IMG/VR virus record: IMGVR_UViG_3300031965_000049
Location: 1 to 47,704 of that record
Direction: 5' to 3' (one strand)
Length of the DNA stretch: 47,704 nucleotides
From: a virus
Taxonomy: Duplodnaviria > Caudoviricetes
The translations under genes were made by a program, and so were the position numbers. The stretch's first letter is position 1, and every line of letters starts with the position of its first letter. The notes beneath the pieces were generated by a model. The model saw only the letters and a program-made list of their open reading frames with translations. It was not told where the DNA came from and ran no database searches. Shown piece by piece: positions 1 to 7,783 of the stretch.

Positions 1-38
1 GGTTCGGCTTTCAGTTCATAGCCAAACCGTTATGCCCA
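1..38 (+). mobile_element. Right half of attC-like site (R' GTT at 29)
   Basis: ttcagttcatagccaaaccGTTATGCCCA resembles the right arms at 297..312 and 46777..46803. Confidence 0.7.
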
Positions 39-126
39 ATAGTGGTTTGAGCATTTACCATCATGTTTATCATTTCTTCTGCGTTTATTAAGCAATCGTT
101 TTATTTTCTTCTTTAGCTTTCTATTT
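27..126. repeat. 100-bp terminal direct repeat (copy 1); circular overlap
   Basis: Identical to 47605..47704; identity begins at CCGTTATGCCC, the cassette crossover. Confidence 0.95.
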
Positions 127-248
127 TTGCGTTTATTTTTAACATACCTACATTGTTCGCAATGGCAGCTTTTAATAACTACTGGGCATAACAAAGGCTC
201 ATATTGCATAGCCTTGTCGGTTATTAAAGTGTCGTTTTTTATTGTCAT
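30..248 (-). CDS. Small basic Cys-containing hypothetical protein (cassette cargo)
   Basis: 72-aa ORF; stop lies in the R' GTTA; start lies in the loop of the attC-like hairpin; CHCEQC motif. Confidence 0.6.
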   Translation of the reverse strand: MTIKNDTLITDKAMQYEPLLCPVVIKSCHCEQCRYVKNKRKNRKLKKKIKRLLNKRRRNDKHDGKCSNHYWA

Positions 249-318
249 TTTGCAAGTATTTTAAAGTGAGTAATTCTAATCTAAAAGGTTACGCAACATA
301 GCCAAACCATTATGCAAC
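183..318 (+). mobile_element. attC-like hairpin A1
   Basis: R'' TGGGCATAAC; arms ggctcatattgcatagcctt / aaggttacgcaacatagcc; R' mutated to ATT at 309. Confidence 0.8.
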
Positions 319-321
319 AGA

Positions 322-642
322 TTAAAGAAGCCGCAGCGACCTGAACCAATTTAAAATTCTGTCTTCCTTTGTGTGCGGATAATACCAGCTACCAGTTATT
401 AAAAAAACAAATGGCAATCCGATTAGCATTAAAAGCATCAATGCGATGGCAAATGGTAACGTAAATCTCATTATTGGTTTTACTGTATTTTTCTTTTCGG
501 TATAAAAATCAATACCTAATGAAATCCATCTATCACACATTTCCTCGCTTGAAACTTTATTTAACTCTGGAAATGTTTCTCTGAATTTTGGTATGTAATT
601 CATATCATTATGAGACCATACCCGTTTTAATTTTCTGTACAT
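322..642 (-). CDS. Hypothetical membrane protein (cassette cargo)
   Basis: 106 aa with one hydrophobic segment; lies between two hairpins. Confidence 0.7.
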   Translation of the reverse strand: MYRKLKRVWSHNDMNYIPKFRETFPELNKVSSEEMCDRWISLGIDFYTEKKNTVKPIMRFTLPFAIALMLLMLIGLPFVFLITGSWYYPHTKEDRILNWFRSLRLL

Positions 643-685
643 TTTATTTAAGTTTTTAAGTGAATAATTAAATTAAAAAAGCCGA

Positions 686-785
686 TTGCATAACACGCAA
701 TAAAGCCCATTTGGCTAAATAGTTCGGTGATAACTTGACAAGTTCGTACAAGCCAAACGTGCTTATTGCACCAGTATAAAACAGT
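686..785 (+). mobile_element. attC-like hairpin A2 (degenerate R')
   Basis: TTGCATAAC; arms gcaataaagcccatttggct / agccaaacgtgcttattgc; R' reads ccagtataaaac. Confidence 0.75.
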
Positions 786-788
786 TTG

Positions 789-1010
789 CTATTCAAACTT
801 ATCGCTCCAACATTTAATACTGCAACAGGGAGAGTATTTGCTACTAATCGGTTTACCGCAATCGCAAACCGATTTTATAACATGGGCTAAACCCAATGCT
901 TGCATTATGCTTTCATAGTAAAATCCTAAATTACATTCTTCATTTTGCACACCTTTGTCGTAAACTTCAAATAGTAGTTTTTCTATTTGCTTTCGTTTTT
1001 GTTTTGCCAT
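789..1010 (-). CDS. Small Cys-rich hypothetical protein, largely encoded inside hairpin A3
   Basis: 73-aa ORF with CDCG..CCSIKC; start at 1010 in the loop. Confidence 0.6.
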   Translation of the reverse strand: MAKQKRKQIEKLLFEVYDKGVQNEECNLGFYYESIMQALGLAHVIKSVCDCGKPISSKYSPCCSIKCWSDKFE

Positions 1011-1069
1011 TTCAATTATATTTTGTCGTTAAATAATCGCACTGTGTTTAGCCCCGAAACGTTAACTGC
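873..1069 (+). mobile_element. attC-like hairpin A3
   Basis: TTTTATAAC; arms gggctaaacccaatgc / gcactgtgtttagccc; R' GTTAACTGC at 1061. Confidence 0.8.
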
Positions 1070-1073
1070 AAGG

Positions 1074-1301
1074 CTAATCTGCGTCCGTGCATTTTGAAAA
1101 AGTCAGATTTAAAGCGTTCATTATCGCTTCGTCTGCTAAGGCAGCCGTTTGAATTTCAGTCTGCCATGTTTCGATATGCTTAACAAGGCTTGTAATTTCT
1201 ACCTTGTATTTTTCAGGTATTCGGTTTTTCCGAATGTTCATCCGAGAACCGGAAAGGAGCCTTGAAAGCTCCCCCCAGTTGATTAAGTCTTGTGCGCTCA
1301 T
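1074..1301 (-). CDS. Small putative DNA-binding regulator
   Basis: 75 aa; similar to 46813..47001 (DLINWGELSRLLSG vs DIFKWRQVSTALSG); palindromic operators upstream of its operon. Confidence 0.55.
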   Translation of the reverse strand: MSAQDLINWGELSRLLSGSRMNIRKNRIPEKYKVEITSLVKHIETWQTEIQTAALADEAIMNALNLTFSKCTDAD

Positions 1302-1594
1302 TAGTTGTTGAATTGTTCGTAATACTCAATTCTCTCATCGATGTCTTCATTTGAAAATGGTGCATTCAAATCTTCATTCAACCATTCAACAAATTCATCA
1401 TCGCAATCATCTCTTTGTACTTTGTGATTTTCATCAACGTAATCTTCAAATTCACCACTTCTTTCAACTAATACTGCAAAGCTACTGTTGTCTGCTCTGT
1501 CGTTGTCTTCCATAAGGCAAATTTCAGTATCTGAATATACTCTAACTGTGAAGTTTGTGCCTTTTGCTGCGTTTAAAATCTCTGTTGCTTTCAT
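1301..1594 (-). CDS. Acidic hypothetical protein
   Basis: 97-aa ORF, TAATG-coupled to the next gene, preceded by a promoter-like box. Confidence 0.75.
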   Translation of the reverse strand: MKATEILNAAKGTNFTVRVYSDTEICLMEDNDRADNSSFAVLVERSGEFEDYVDENHKVQRDDCDDEFVEWLNEDLNAPFSNEDIDERIEYYEQFNN

Positions 1595-1632
1595 CTTTTT
1601 AAATTTTTATTTGTTTTGTATCTTATTGATGA

Positions 1633-1700
1633 AGTAAAGATAACCACATTTGTGGTAACCACCAAATGTTTTTATAATTATTTTCCACATTTGTGGTTAT
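1633..1700 (-). promoter_or_regulatory. Promoter with two CCACATTTGTGG operators
   Basis: -7-like TATCTTTA next to taaCCACATTTGTGGtaa (1641..1658) and ttCCACATTTGTGGttat (1683..1700). Confidence 0.65.
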
Positions 1701-1737
1701 TTATTTCAATTCTAAATAAGAACAGAGAAAGCCAACC

Positions 1738-2004
1738 CTAAAAAAATAAAAACAGGGAACGGCAGTCGAGACCTCTTTTGACTTTTTGCCACTCCGTTTT
1801 AAATCCGTAAAGTGGGAGTATTTCTACATTTTCATTGTTAGGATCAACGAAAGATTGTAGTTTTTCAATTACCTGTTGAGCCTGTTCTTTATTGAGAAAT
1901 ATACATTCAAATTTTTTTTCGCTTCTAATGTTTATTTCAATCAACTGGTGCATTTCTCTGACACCAAGCGTTTGGGTTAAATCGGCTTTAATGTTTAATT
2001 CCAT
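1738..2004 (-). CDS. Hypothetical protein; C-terminus probably chimeric across a deletion at ~1766
   Basis: 88-aa ORF runs through the truncated R'' GCAGT of the neighbouring cassette. Confidence 0.55.
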   Translation of the reverse strand: MELNIKADLTQTLGVREMHQLIEINIRSEKKFECIFLNKEQAQQVIEKLQSFVDPNNENVEILPLYGFKTEWQKVKRGLDCRSLFLFF

Positions 2005-2048
2005 ATATTTATATTTTAGTGATAATTAATTACTTAAAAAGAACACGA

Positions 2049-2184
2049 AACCATAACAAAAACTATATATCAATTGGTTTTTCGGTGCTGACAACTCACT
2101 TCGTAGCCCGCAACAGCGGCGGTGCGGCTCGACAGAAATGAAGCCCGCAATCCCCAACTGTATATAGTTCCGGCCGTTATCGGC
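2049..2184 (+). mobile_element. attC-like hairpin A4
   Basis: AACCATAAC; arms aactatatatcaattgg / ccaactgtatatagtt; R' GTTATCGGC at 2176. Confidence 0.8.
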
Positions 2185-2188
2185 AACC

Positions 2189-2584
2189 TTAAAGAGCTGC
2201 ACGTTTCTTTAGCACAATAAATGCAGAATTATCCTTTAGGCTATGTAAACCATCTTCGGTTTGATAATTACAAAATTCTAACTGGTCAACAATTTTCTGC
2301 AAAGTATCGTACTTTTCTTCTTCAATTTCTTCACGGGTTTTCGGTATTACAACTGGTATGGGTTCAGCAATAAAAAATAATTTACCTTTTGAACTCCCTT
2401 CAACTGTCATGGGTTTAAATCCATATTTATTTCCCAAAATTTCCCAGTATTGGTTTATTTGTTCTTGCAAAGAACTTCCCATCGGAGTTCCACCACTTAA
2501 AAACATTACAGGGTCTCCACCGCCTTTATTGATAGCGATAATGTCGTCCATTTCTTCCTGTGTCATTTCAAATTCTTGTCTCAT
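2189..2584 (-). CDS. Hypothetical protein (cassette cargo)
   Basis: 131-aa ORF with an AT-rich leader. Confidence 0.8.
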   Translation of the reverse strand: MRQEFEMTQEEMDDIIAINKGGGDPVMFLSGGTPMGSSLQEQINQYWEILGNKYGFKPMTVEGSSKGKLFFIAEPIPVVIPKTREEIEEEKYDTLQKIVDQLEFCNYQTEDGLHSLKDNSAFIVLKKRAAL

Positions 2585-2784
2585 TTTGTTTATTTTTAAA
2601 TTGTTAATAATTAGTTTGATAAAAAAGGAAGCCGATTTCTAAAGTTGCCATGATGTGTTGTTTTATTGTTTTTGTATACACCAAAGATAAGCATTTACTT
2701 AATACGGGGCAATAGGCAAATGAAAATAAATGAAAATAATTTAAGTATTTGCTTAGTTTATATTGATTCTAAATAAAACAACCC

Positions 2785-2919
2785 ATACCAACAAAATAGC
2801 GGTCAAGTCGGGCAGTAATGGTTTGCAATCTGTATCTTTTCGCCCGTAAATAGTGGTTGACAATAACGGACACCGCCCGTAATCCTGCCCTGCCGCTATT
2901 TGCGGGAGCGTTAGGGTGC
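2785..2919 (+). mobile_element. attC-like hairpin A5
   Basis: ATACCAAC; arms aaatagcggtcaagtcgggcag / ctgccctgccgctattt; R' GTTAGGGTGC at 2910. Confidence 0.75.
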
Positions 2920-2921
2920 AT

Positions 2922-3167
2922 TTAAGAAAGTCGCTCACGTAATCTTGTGATAAACTTGTCAGCCTCAATACCTGCTTTTGACATTGAAAATTCGCCTCTA
3001 TCTTTATGACGAGCGACTAAAATAATATCGTCAATTAATGCCTCTGTAACATCAATAGTGTCTTGTAAGTTTTGAAATCTTACTTCATCAATATTACTTT
3101 CTCCTCGTGGTTCAATCATTCCACATAATCTTTGAGTTACCTCGTAAATGTTTTCTATTCTTTTCAT
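2922..3167 (-). CDS. Hypothetical protein (cassette cargo)
   Basis: ORF 2922..3209; ATG at 3167 after an AT-rich leader is the more likely start. Confidence 0.75.
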   Translation of the reverse strand: MKRIENIYEVTQRLCGMIEPRGESNIDEVRFQNLQDTIDVTEALIDDIILVARHKDRGEFSMSKAGIEADKFITRLRERLS

Positions 3168-3185
3168 TTTGAATTTAATAAAAAC

Positions 3186-3323
3186 GCACCCTGACAATGT
3201 ATATATCAAATTGGGGGTGTCGTTACAATTTGTATATTTGTGCTGTTAATTTACTTTGTCGTGGCTCGATAGGGTAGCACATTTTAATCCCCAACTTGCC
3301 ATATATTTAACGCTAGTTACCAA
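3186..3323 (+). mobile_element. attC-like hairpin A6 (last of array 1)
   Basis: GCACCCTGAC (9/10 complement of GTTAGGGTGC at 2910); arms tatatatcaaattgggg / ccccaacttgccatatat; GTT at 3316. Confidence 0.7.
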
Positions 3324-3327
3324 CATT

Positions 3328-3549
3328 TCAACCCACACCATCTATATCAATCTTCCTGATCCGATCAAATTTTTCATCGATGAAAGATACACCATTCCCG
3401 TATTCATAAGTGTTAATGTACATGCAAGCGGCATCGATAAAATCGGCTCTAGTCTCAGGTTTCGCTAGCTTATCAACCTTGTAAATTCGATCGTATTCCA
3501 TTTGCTCAAGAAACGAAACAACTCTTAATATGTATTCACGATCTGGCAT
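3328..3549 (-). CDS. Hypothetical protein
   Basis: 73-aa ORF in an operon with 3552..3764. Confidence 0.7.
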   Translation of the reverse strand: MPDREYILRVVSFLEQMEYDRIYKVDKLAKPETRADFIDAACMYINTYEYGNGVSFIDEKFDRIRKIDIDGVG

Positions 3550-3551
3550 TA

Positions 3552-3764
3552 TCAGCTGATGAACTGTCCTTTTGAATTACGCCGCCGAATATACTTCATT
3601 ACTTCCCTTACAGCCATCTGATTGAATTTATCAAGATTGTCATTGTCTCGCTTGAGCCTCCGGATCAATAGTTTCTGATCGTAAATTACGACTCCCTGCC
3701 ATGCTAACATTATTATTGCTGAAAAAATTGCAACTCCGATTATAAGGTCTTCAATTTTAATCAT
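3552..3764 (-). CDS. Small membrane-anchored protein
   Basis: N-terminal TM segment, coiled coil, C-terminal RNSKGQF motif. Confidence 0.7.
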   Translation of the reverse strand: MIKIEDLIIGVAIFSAIIMLAWQGVVIYDQKLLIRRLKRDNDNLDKFNQMAVREVMKYIRRRNSKGQFIS

Positions 3765-3781
3765 GTGTTTGTTTGTTTTTG

Positions 3782-3826
3782 TAAATTTATAACTACTTTT
3801 CTACTTGAAATATGACTTTTGTCATG
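3782..3826 (-). promoter_or_regulatory. Palindrome-class promoter (copy 1 of 5)
   Basis: ATGAC-tttt-GTCAT palindrome 21 bp from a -7-like box. Confidence 0.7.
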
Positions 3827-3828
3827 TA

Positions 3829-4008
3829 TTAAGATTTGTCTGGTGTTGTTTTCTGATGTTGTCTTACATGTTCGTAAAACTTACACAGCGCATTTTCATA
3901 CCTAGGTTTTGCGCTACTGTTTGCGTAGGCGCCCGTAGTCAGTTCGAAGAACCCGGCTATTTTTTTATTGGTTAGCAGGAGTTCTTTTTTTAGTTGGTGG
4001 ATTGTCAT
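3829..4008 (-). CDS. 59-aa hypothetical protein (possibly DNA-binding), below the ORF-track cutoff
   Basis: Hand translation: MTIHQLKKELLLTNKKIAGFFELTTGAYANSSAKPRYENALCKFYEHVRQHQKTTPDKS. Confidence 0.6.
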   Translation of the reverse strand: MTIHQLKKELLLTNKKIAGFFELTTGAYANSSAKPRYENALCKFYEHVRQHQKTTPDKS

Positions 4009-4014
4009 GATTGT

Positions 4015-4209
4015 TTAATTTAAAATAGTGTGTTTAGTGAGAATTATTTCAATAAAAGACCCATCGTTATCAGTAGTGACTTTTTGTAAATTAAAAACGT
4101 AAGCATCCATTTTAATCATAAAAGGATAAAACTTACTCATAAAAGATATTGCTTCCTTTTTTGTTTGAAAATAGTCAACTGAGCTCTTTAATCCTTGGCC
4201 TTCTGTCAC
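4015..4209 (-). CDS. Hypothetical protein
   Basis: 64-aa ORF downstream of a TATCTTTG promoter; start uncertain. Confidence 0.5.
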   Translation of the reverse strand: MTEGQGLKSSVDYFQTKKEAISFMSKFYPFMIKMDAYVFNLQKVTTDNDGSFIEIILTKHTILN

Positions 4210-4242
4210 TACTTGATATTTTACTGTTGCTTTAATCTTTGT

Positions 4243-4330
4243 TTTGTTTTAATTTATACTTCAAAGATAAGCATTTACTTAATACAAACCAAGTGTTTTT
4301 GAAAATAATTCCGTTTTTACTTAGTTTTTT
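4243..4330. repeat. 88-bp direct repeat containing a promoter (copy 1)
   Basis: Identical to 7696..7783; contains TATCTTTG on the minus strand; 24 bp also recur at 2682..2705. Confidence 0.9.
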
Positions 4331-4331
4331 T

Positions 4332-6767
4332 TCAAAACGGTGCTTCTTCCTTACCCTTTTCATAGTCTGAAAACTCAATACGTTCACCAGGCTTTGAAAA
4401 TTCAATCTCATTCCCGCCCGGGCCACACCGTGCATCAAACTCCCATCCTTTGTATTCCGCCCAAGTCTTGCACCATGATGTGAATCTGCGTTGTCCCAGA
4501 TTATTGCTGTAGTACTTATCATCTGTGTCTATCCTAAATTGCTGTATCAAATTAGGCTTACTATACCTGCCCGGGTACTTCAATTCATCTTCTGCAAATA
4601 GGACAAAATCTTCATTTGTCTGAGCTTTCAGCTTGTTATATCCTAATGCGACATATTCCGGTTTTACAAGTCCTGTATTCAGATAATGAACGATGCAATT
4701 AACCATCCAGTTATCGAAGCTGGTCCATTCTTCGCAATCCCACTCTGCAAATGGTTCGCGTTTGAATTCATCCTCGGGGGTATGATCAGGGGAAAAGTAT
4801 CTGTATAGTTCGATTTCAAATAACCGCCTGTCGTATGCCGCTCCTTTTGACTTTAAGGCATAATTAGTTGTTATCGTAATTTTGGGCGACATCGAAAAAG
4901 GAAGAAATACCTCTCCTGTGTACAGTTTTCGGATTGTAAACCCTGTTGTAATCATTGAAAATAGTTGCTCGAACTTAAAGCCTTTTACGATGTCATCAAG
5001 GAATAATATATTTGTATCCTGCCCGACTTGTTGCATTGAGAATTGGTTCTTGCTATCAAAATTCTTTCCATCTAAAGTGACCGTAGTTCTTAGTCTCTTT
5101 ACAAATTCGACGCTTAACCCCTTACCCGTCCCGCCGTTTGGCTCATTTGTCATATTTTCATCATTAAACACGATAACAGGGCAGAAGCTCGCTTTCTTAA
5201 ATGTGTGCATAAGAAATCCCAAGCTTGCACGGTAGGCGCTTATCCGGTCGCCCTGTGCATTTGATACGAGTTTTGCGAATTTAGCAACATCACAATGCCG
5301 ATAATCTTCTTTTTTCAACTGAATAAAGTCCCGCTTGATTATCTGTGTTGACCAAACAACGCCATTGAACTCCCCGTAATCATGTGTTTTTATTCCTGAG
5401 TTATCAGCTTCAACAATGCAATTTTGAAAGAATAGAAAAGCCCGGTCCTTCTTGTCCCGAATCCATTCAACCTGAGCGGGTGATACAATTGATAAACTGT
5501 TTTGATTGAATTTTGACGAATCCATGAACTCGTTGAAAATCTCTTTACGGTCTGACTCTTCGAGATATGAAAGGATAAAATCCCGAATTTCCATGAAATT
5601 GGTTTCAGTTGCTATGTTTTTTTCAATCTTCAGAAACATGAACTTGTCCTTATTTATTTCGTATCTGAAATATCCGTTCTTTTGCAGGAAATTTCTGAGG
5701 GCGAAAAAATCAATCTTAAAAGCTCCTTTTTTGCCGTAACCCCAAAATTCGGATAGGTAACCGGTTTTAGTTTTGGATCGGGGCGGCTCCGGAGTGGCTT
5801 CGGCGCTGGCCAGTGCTTGTTTATTACCGTTTAGTTTTTTCGTCGGTGTTTTGGGCATTTCAAAACGTTCGGCCAGTTCTTTTGCAGCGGACGAAAAATC
5901 GCCGTTGTGTTCTAACATTGTCAGGATCTGGAATGGATGATAACAACGCCGACTTTCGAAAGGTTCTGAATTGGCCGAAAATGGATAAAACACATCTTCT
6001 GCGATATGTCCAAATGTTGCAGACACGCCTTTCTGTTTGCCGGGCCTTCGCCAGTACTTTCCTCCTAAATGCTCCCATCCTGACCGCTGTAATAACTGTT
6101 TTGATTCTTCAACACATTCGCGATTATACCGGTCACCTGGTCGTTCTTCGTCCGGCCTTATTTCGCGGCGATCTGGTGTGTAGTCAGGTAGCGGCTCCGA
6201 TTGTTCTGACTTATCAAAACTACGGCAATAAGACAATAATGTGTCCCGATCTTCCTCTGAAATAACCGGGATATCCGTAATGCTTCCGGCTTGTAGGTCG
6301 TAACCCTTTGACGGTGCGCAAACAATTAACCCTCCTTCTCCACGCGTTTCAATCACTGTTATTTTATCGTCTATTGCAAGCTTCTGATTCCCTTCAATCT
6401 TTTCACACTTATAAAATAAGTGATACCCGCCAGAAGGGGTACGCTCGATTGGTATATCATTTTGTGATATAATTTCAGAAACTTCATCAATGCTAATCAA
6501 AGCCGTAAATACATGCTCTGCATTGCCTAAATGATTATCGATGTCGACGACCTCCAGGTTGCCGGACACTGCCCCACATATGATACATACACCAAACGTA
6601 TTGCCATCCTTATAGTTTCGAAATGTTGATAGGTCGTATTCCGTCGGCCGCTCTTTCATAAAGTTGCGCCACGTCTTTAGCATTGACGGATATTTGTCTA
6701 CAAGCTTGCAGGGGAGTGCCGATAATCCTGCTTTATTGTATAGGAATAGAGCTTTTATATGTTCCAT
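4332..6767 (-). CDS. Bifunctional primase-polymerase fused to a P-loop helicase
   Basis: Prim-pol motifs VVDID, TPSGGYHLFY, ETRGEGGLIVCAPS; Walker A GGTGKG; Walker B LFLDD; ITTN. Confidence 0.9.
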   Translation of the reverse strand: MEHIKALFLYNKAGLSALPCKLVDKYPSMLKTWRNFMKERPTEYDLSTFRNYKDGNTFGVCIICGAVSGNLEVVDIDNHLGNAEHVFTALISIDEVSEIISQNDIPIERTPSGGYHLFYKCEKIEGNQKLAIDDKITVIETRGEGGLIVCAPSKGYDLQAGSITDIPVISEEDRDTLLSYCRSFDKSEQSEPLPDYTPDRREIRPDEERPGDRYNRECVEESKQLLQRSGWEHLGGKYWRRPGKQKGVSATFGHIAEDVFYPFSANSEPFESRRCYHPFQILTMLEHNGDFSSAAKELAERFEMPKTPTKKLNGNKQALASAEATPEPPRSKTKTGYLSEFWGYGKKGAFKIDFFALRNFLQKNGYFRYEINKDKFMFLKIEKNIATETNFMEIRDFILSYLEESDRKEIFNEFMDSSKFNQNSLSIVSPAQVEWIRDKKDRAFLFFQNCIVEADNSGIKTHDYGEFNGVVWSTQIIKRDFIQLKKEDYRHCDVAKFAKLVSNAQGDRISAYRASLGFLMHTFKKASFCPVIVFNDENMTNEPNGGTGKGLSVEFVKRLRTTVTLDGKNFDSKNQFSMQQVGQDTNILFLDDIVKGFKFEQLFSMITTGFTIRKLYTGEVFLPFSMSPKITITTNYALKSKGAAYDRRLFEIELYRYFSPDHTPEDEFKREPFAEWDCEEWTSFDNWMVNCIVHYLNTGLVKPEYVALGYNKLKAQTNEDFVLFAEDELKYPGRYSKPNLIQQFRIDTDDKYYSNNLGQRRFTSWCKTWAEYKGWEFDARCGPGGNEIEFSKPGERIEFSDYEKGKEEAPF

Positions 6768-7118
6768 ATAGTTGAGGTGTTTTGTTAGACTTATTCAAAG
6801 CCGGACTACTAAGTTAGATTATTTGTTTTTTAAGTGCTATAGGACTGTATTTGTAATCGACTATTAACCCACGCTTCCAATTATTGTGATATTCAAGTAC
6901 TTTAACCGCTTTTTTTATTGCCATTTCTTCGGATATTTATGTGATTGTTCATGCCGTGTTTGTGAACTCATTTCGGAATTTGTTTTTTCCTCAAACTCGC
7001 TGCCTCGTGTCGAACTGCTTTTAAGAATTTTAAATACGACAAGCATCATGGCTAGGCTACGTATGATAGGATTGCTAATGTTATTTCTGCCATTTTTTTT
7101 GTTTAAGTTTAAGTTTCA

Positions 7119-7165
7119 CAATAGTACATTTCAATTTTCGATTTAAACATGACTTTTGTCATGTT
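7119..7165 (-). promoter_or_regulatory. Palindrome-class promoter (copy 2 of 5)
   Basis: AACATGAC-tttt-GTCATGTT at 7146..7165; core 21 bp from a -7-like box. Confidence 0.7.
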
Positions 7166-7187
7166 GTAGTGTTTTTTTGCAGATTCA

Positions 7188-7436
7188 TTAGTATTCAAAT
7201 TCTGAAATGTCGTAATCAAAGTTTTCTCTAAGCATTGTATAAACTTCTTCGCCAAGTTCATTCCATTTTGCAGGATTGCCGTTCATTTCTTCAATCTCTT
7301 CATCGGTTAAATAATGATAAAAATTGTTATCATTAAAATCAACTTCTTGAATCATGTATTCTGCAACATTGCCGATTATGTACTGCTTGTTGTCGTTAAC
7401 GATTGCTTTTGCAATTTGTAATGCTGAATTTTTCAT
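7188..7436 (-). CDS. Acidic hypothetical protein
   Basis: 82-aa ORF. Confidence 0.75.
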   Translation of the reverse strand: MKNSALQIAKAIVNDNKQYIIGNVAEYMIQEVDFNDNNFYHYLTDEEIEEMNGNPAKWNELGEEVYTMLRENFDYDISEFEY

Positions 7437-7450
7437 TGTGTCAGTTTTTA

Positions 7451-7681
7451 TTAAAATAAGTTTTTGTAGCTGTTTTCAATGTATGCAAAATCTTCTTCTA
7501 CAACAACAATGTTTTGTCCTTTAGAATCGTATGGATGTCCGTTTTCTGAAACAAAGTCAAAAATAAAAGCAACTGCACCTCTTAATTGTTTTTCGGCAAT
7601 CAAAGTACATTTCTGATTTTGCTGTCTTTCAAGGCCTGTCCAATCTGCAACTTGTGGTAATTGTTCTTTTAAAGTTTTCAT
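7451..7681 (-). CDS. Hypothetical protein
   Basis: ORF 7451..7717; ATG at 7681 lies downstream of the promoter box at 7715..7722. Confidence 0.7.
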   Translation of the reverse strand: MKTLKEQLPQVADWTGLERQQNQKCTLIAEKQLRGAVAFIFDFVSENGHPYDSKGQNIVVVEEDFAYIENSYKNLF

Positions 7682-7695
7682 TTTAAGTTCCTCCG

Positions 7696-7783
7696 TTTGT
7701 TTTAATTTATACTTCAAAGATAAGCATTTACTTAATACAAACCAAGTGTTTTTGAAAATAATTCCGTTTTTACTTAGTTTTTT
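7696..7783. repeat. 88-bp direct repeat containing a promoter (copy 2)
   Basis: Identical to 4243..4330; includes the last codons and stop of the helicase gene. Confidence 0.9.

Noticed and set aside
27-126. Physical terminal repeats of the virion DNA
   Set aside because: The overlap starts at base 27 at a cassette crossover and cuts through an ORF; an assembly overlap fits better.
2753-2968. 71-aa ORF
   Set aside because: It spans hairpin A5 and overlaps the 3' end of a better gene; probably spurious.
183-3323. CRISPR array interpretation of the recurring intergenic elements
   Set aside because: The units are divergent long hairpins separated by whole genes, not identical short repeats with uniform spacers; no cas genes seen.
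4232-4522. 96-aa ORF overlapping the primase end
   Set aside because: Alternative frame running through the promoter repeat; no independent support.
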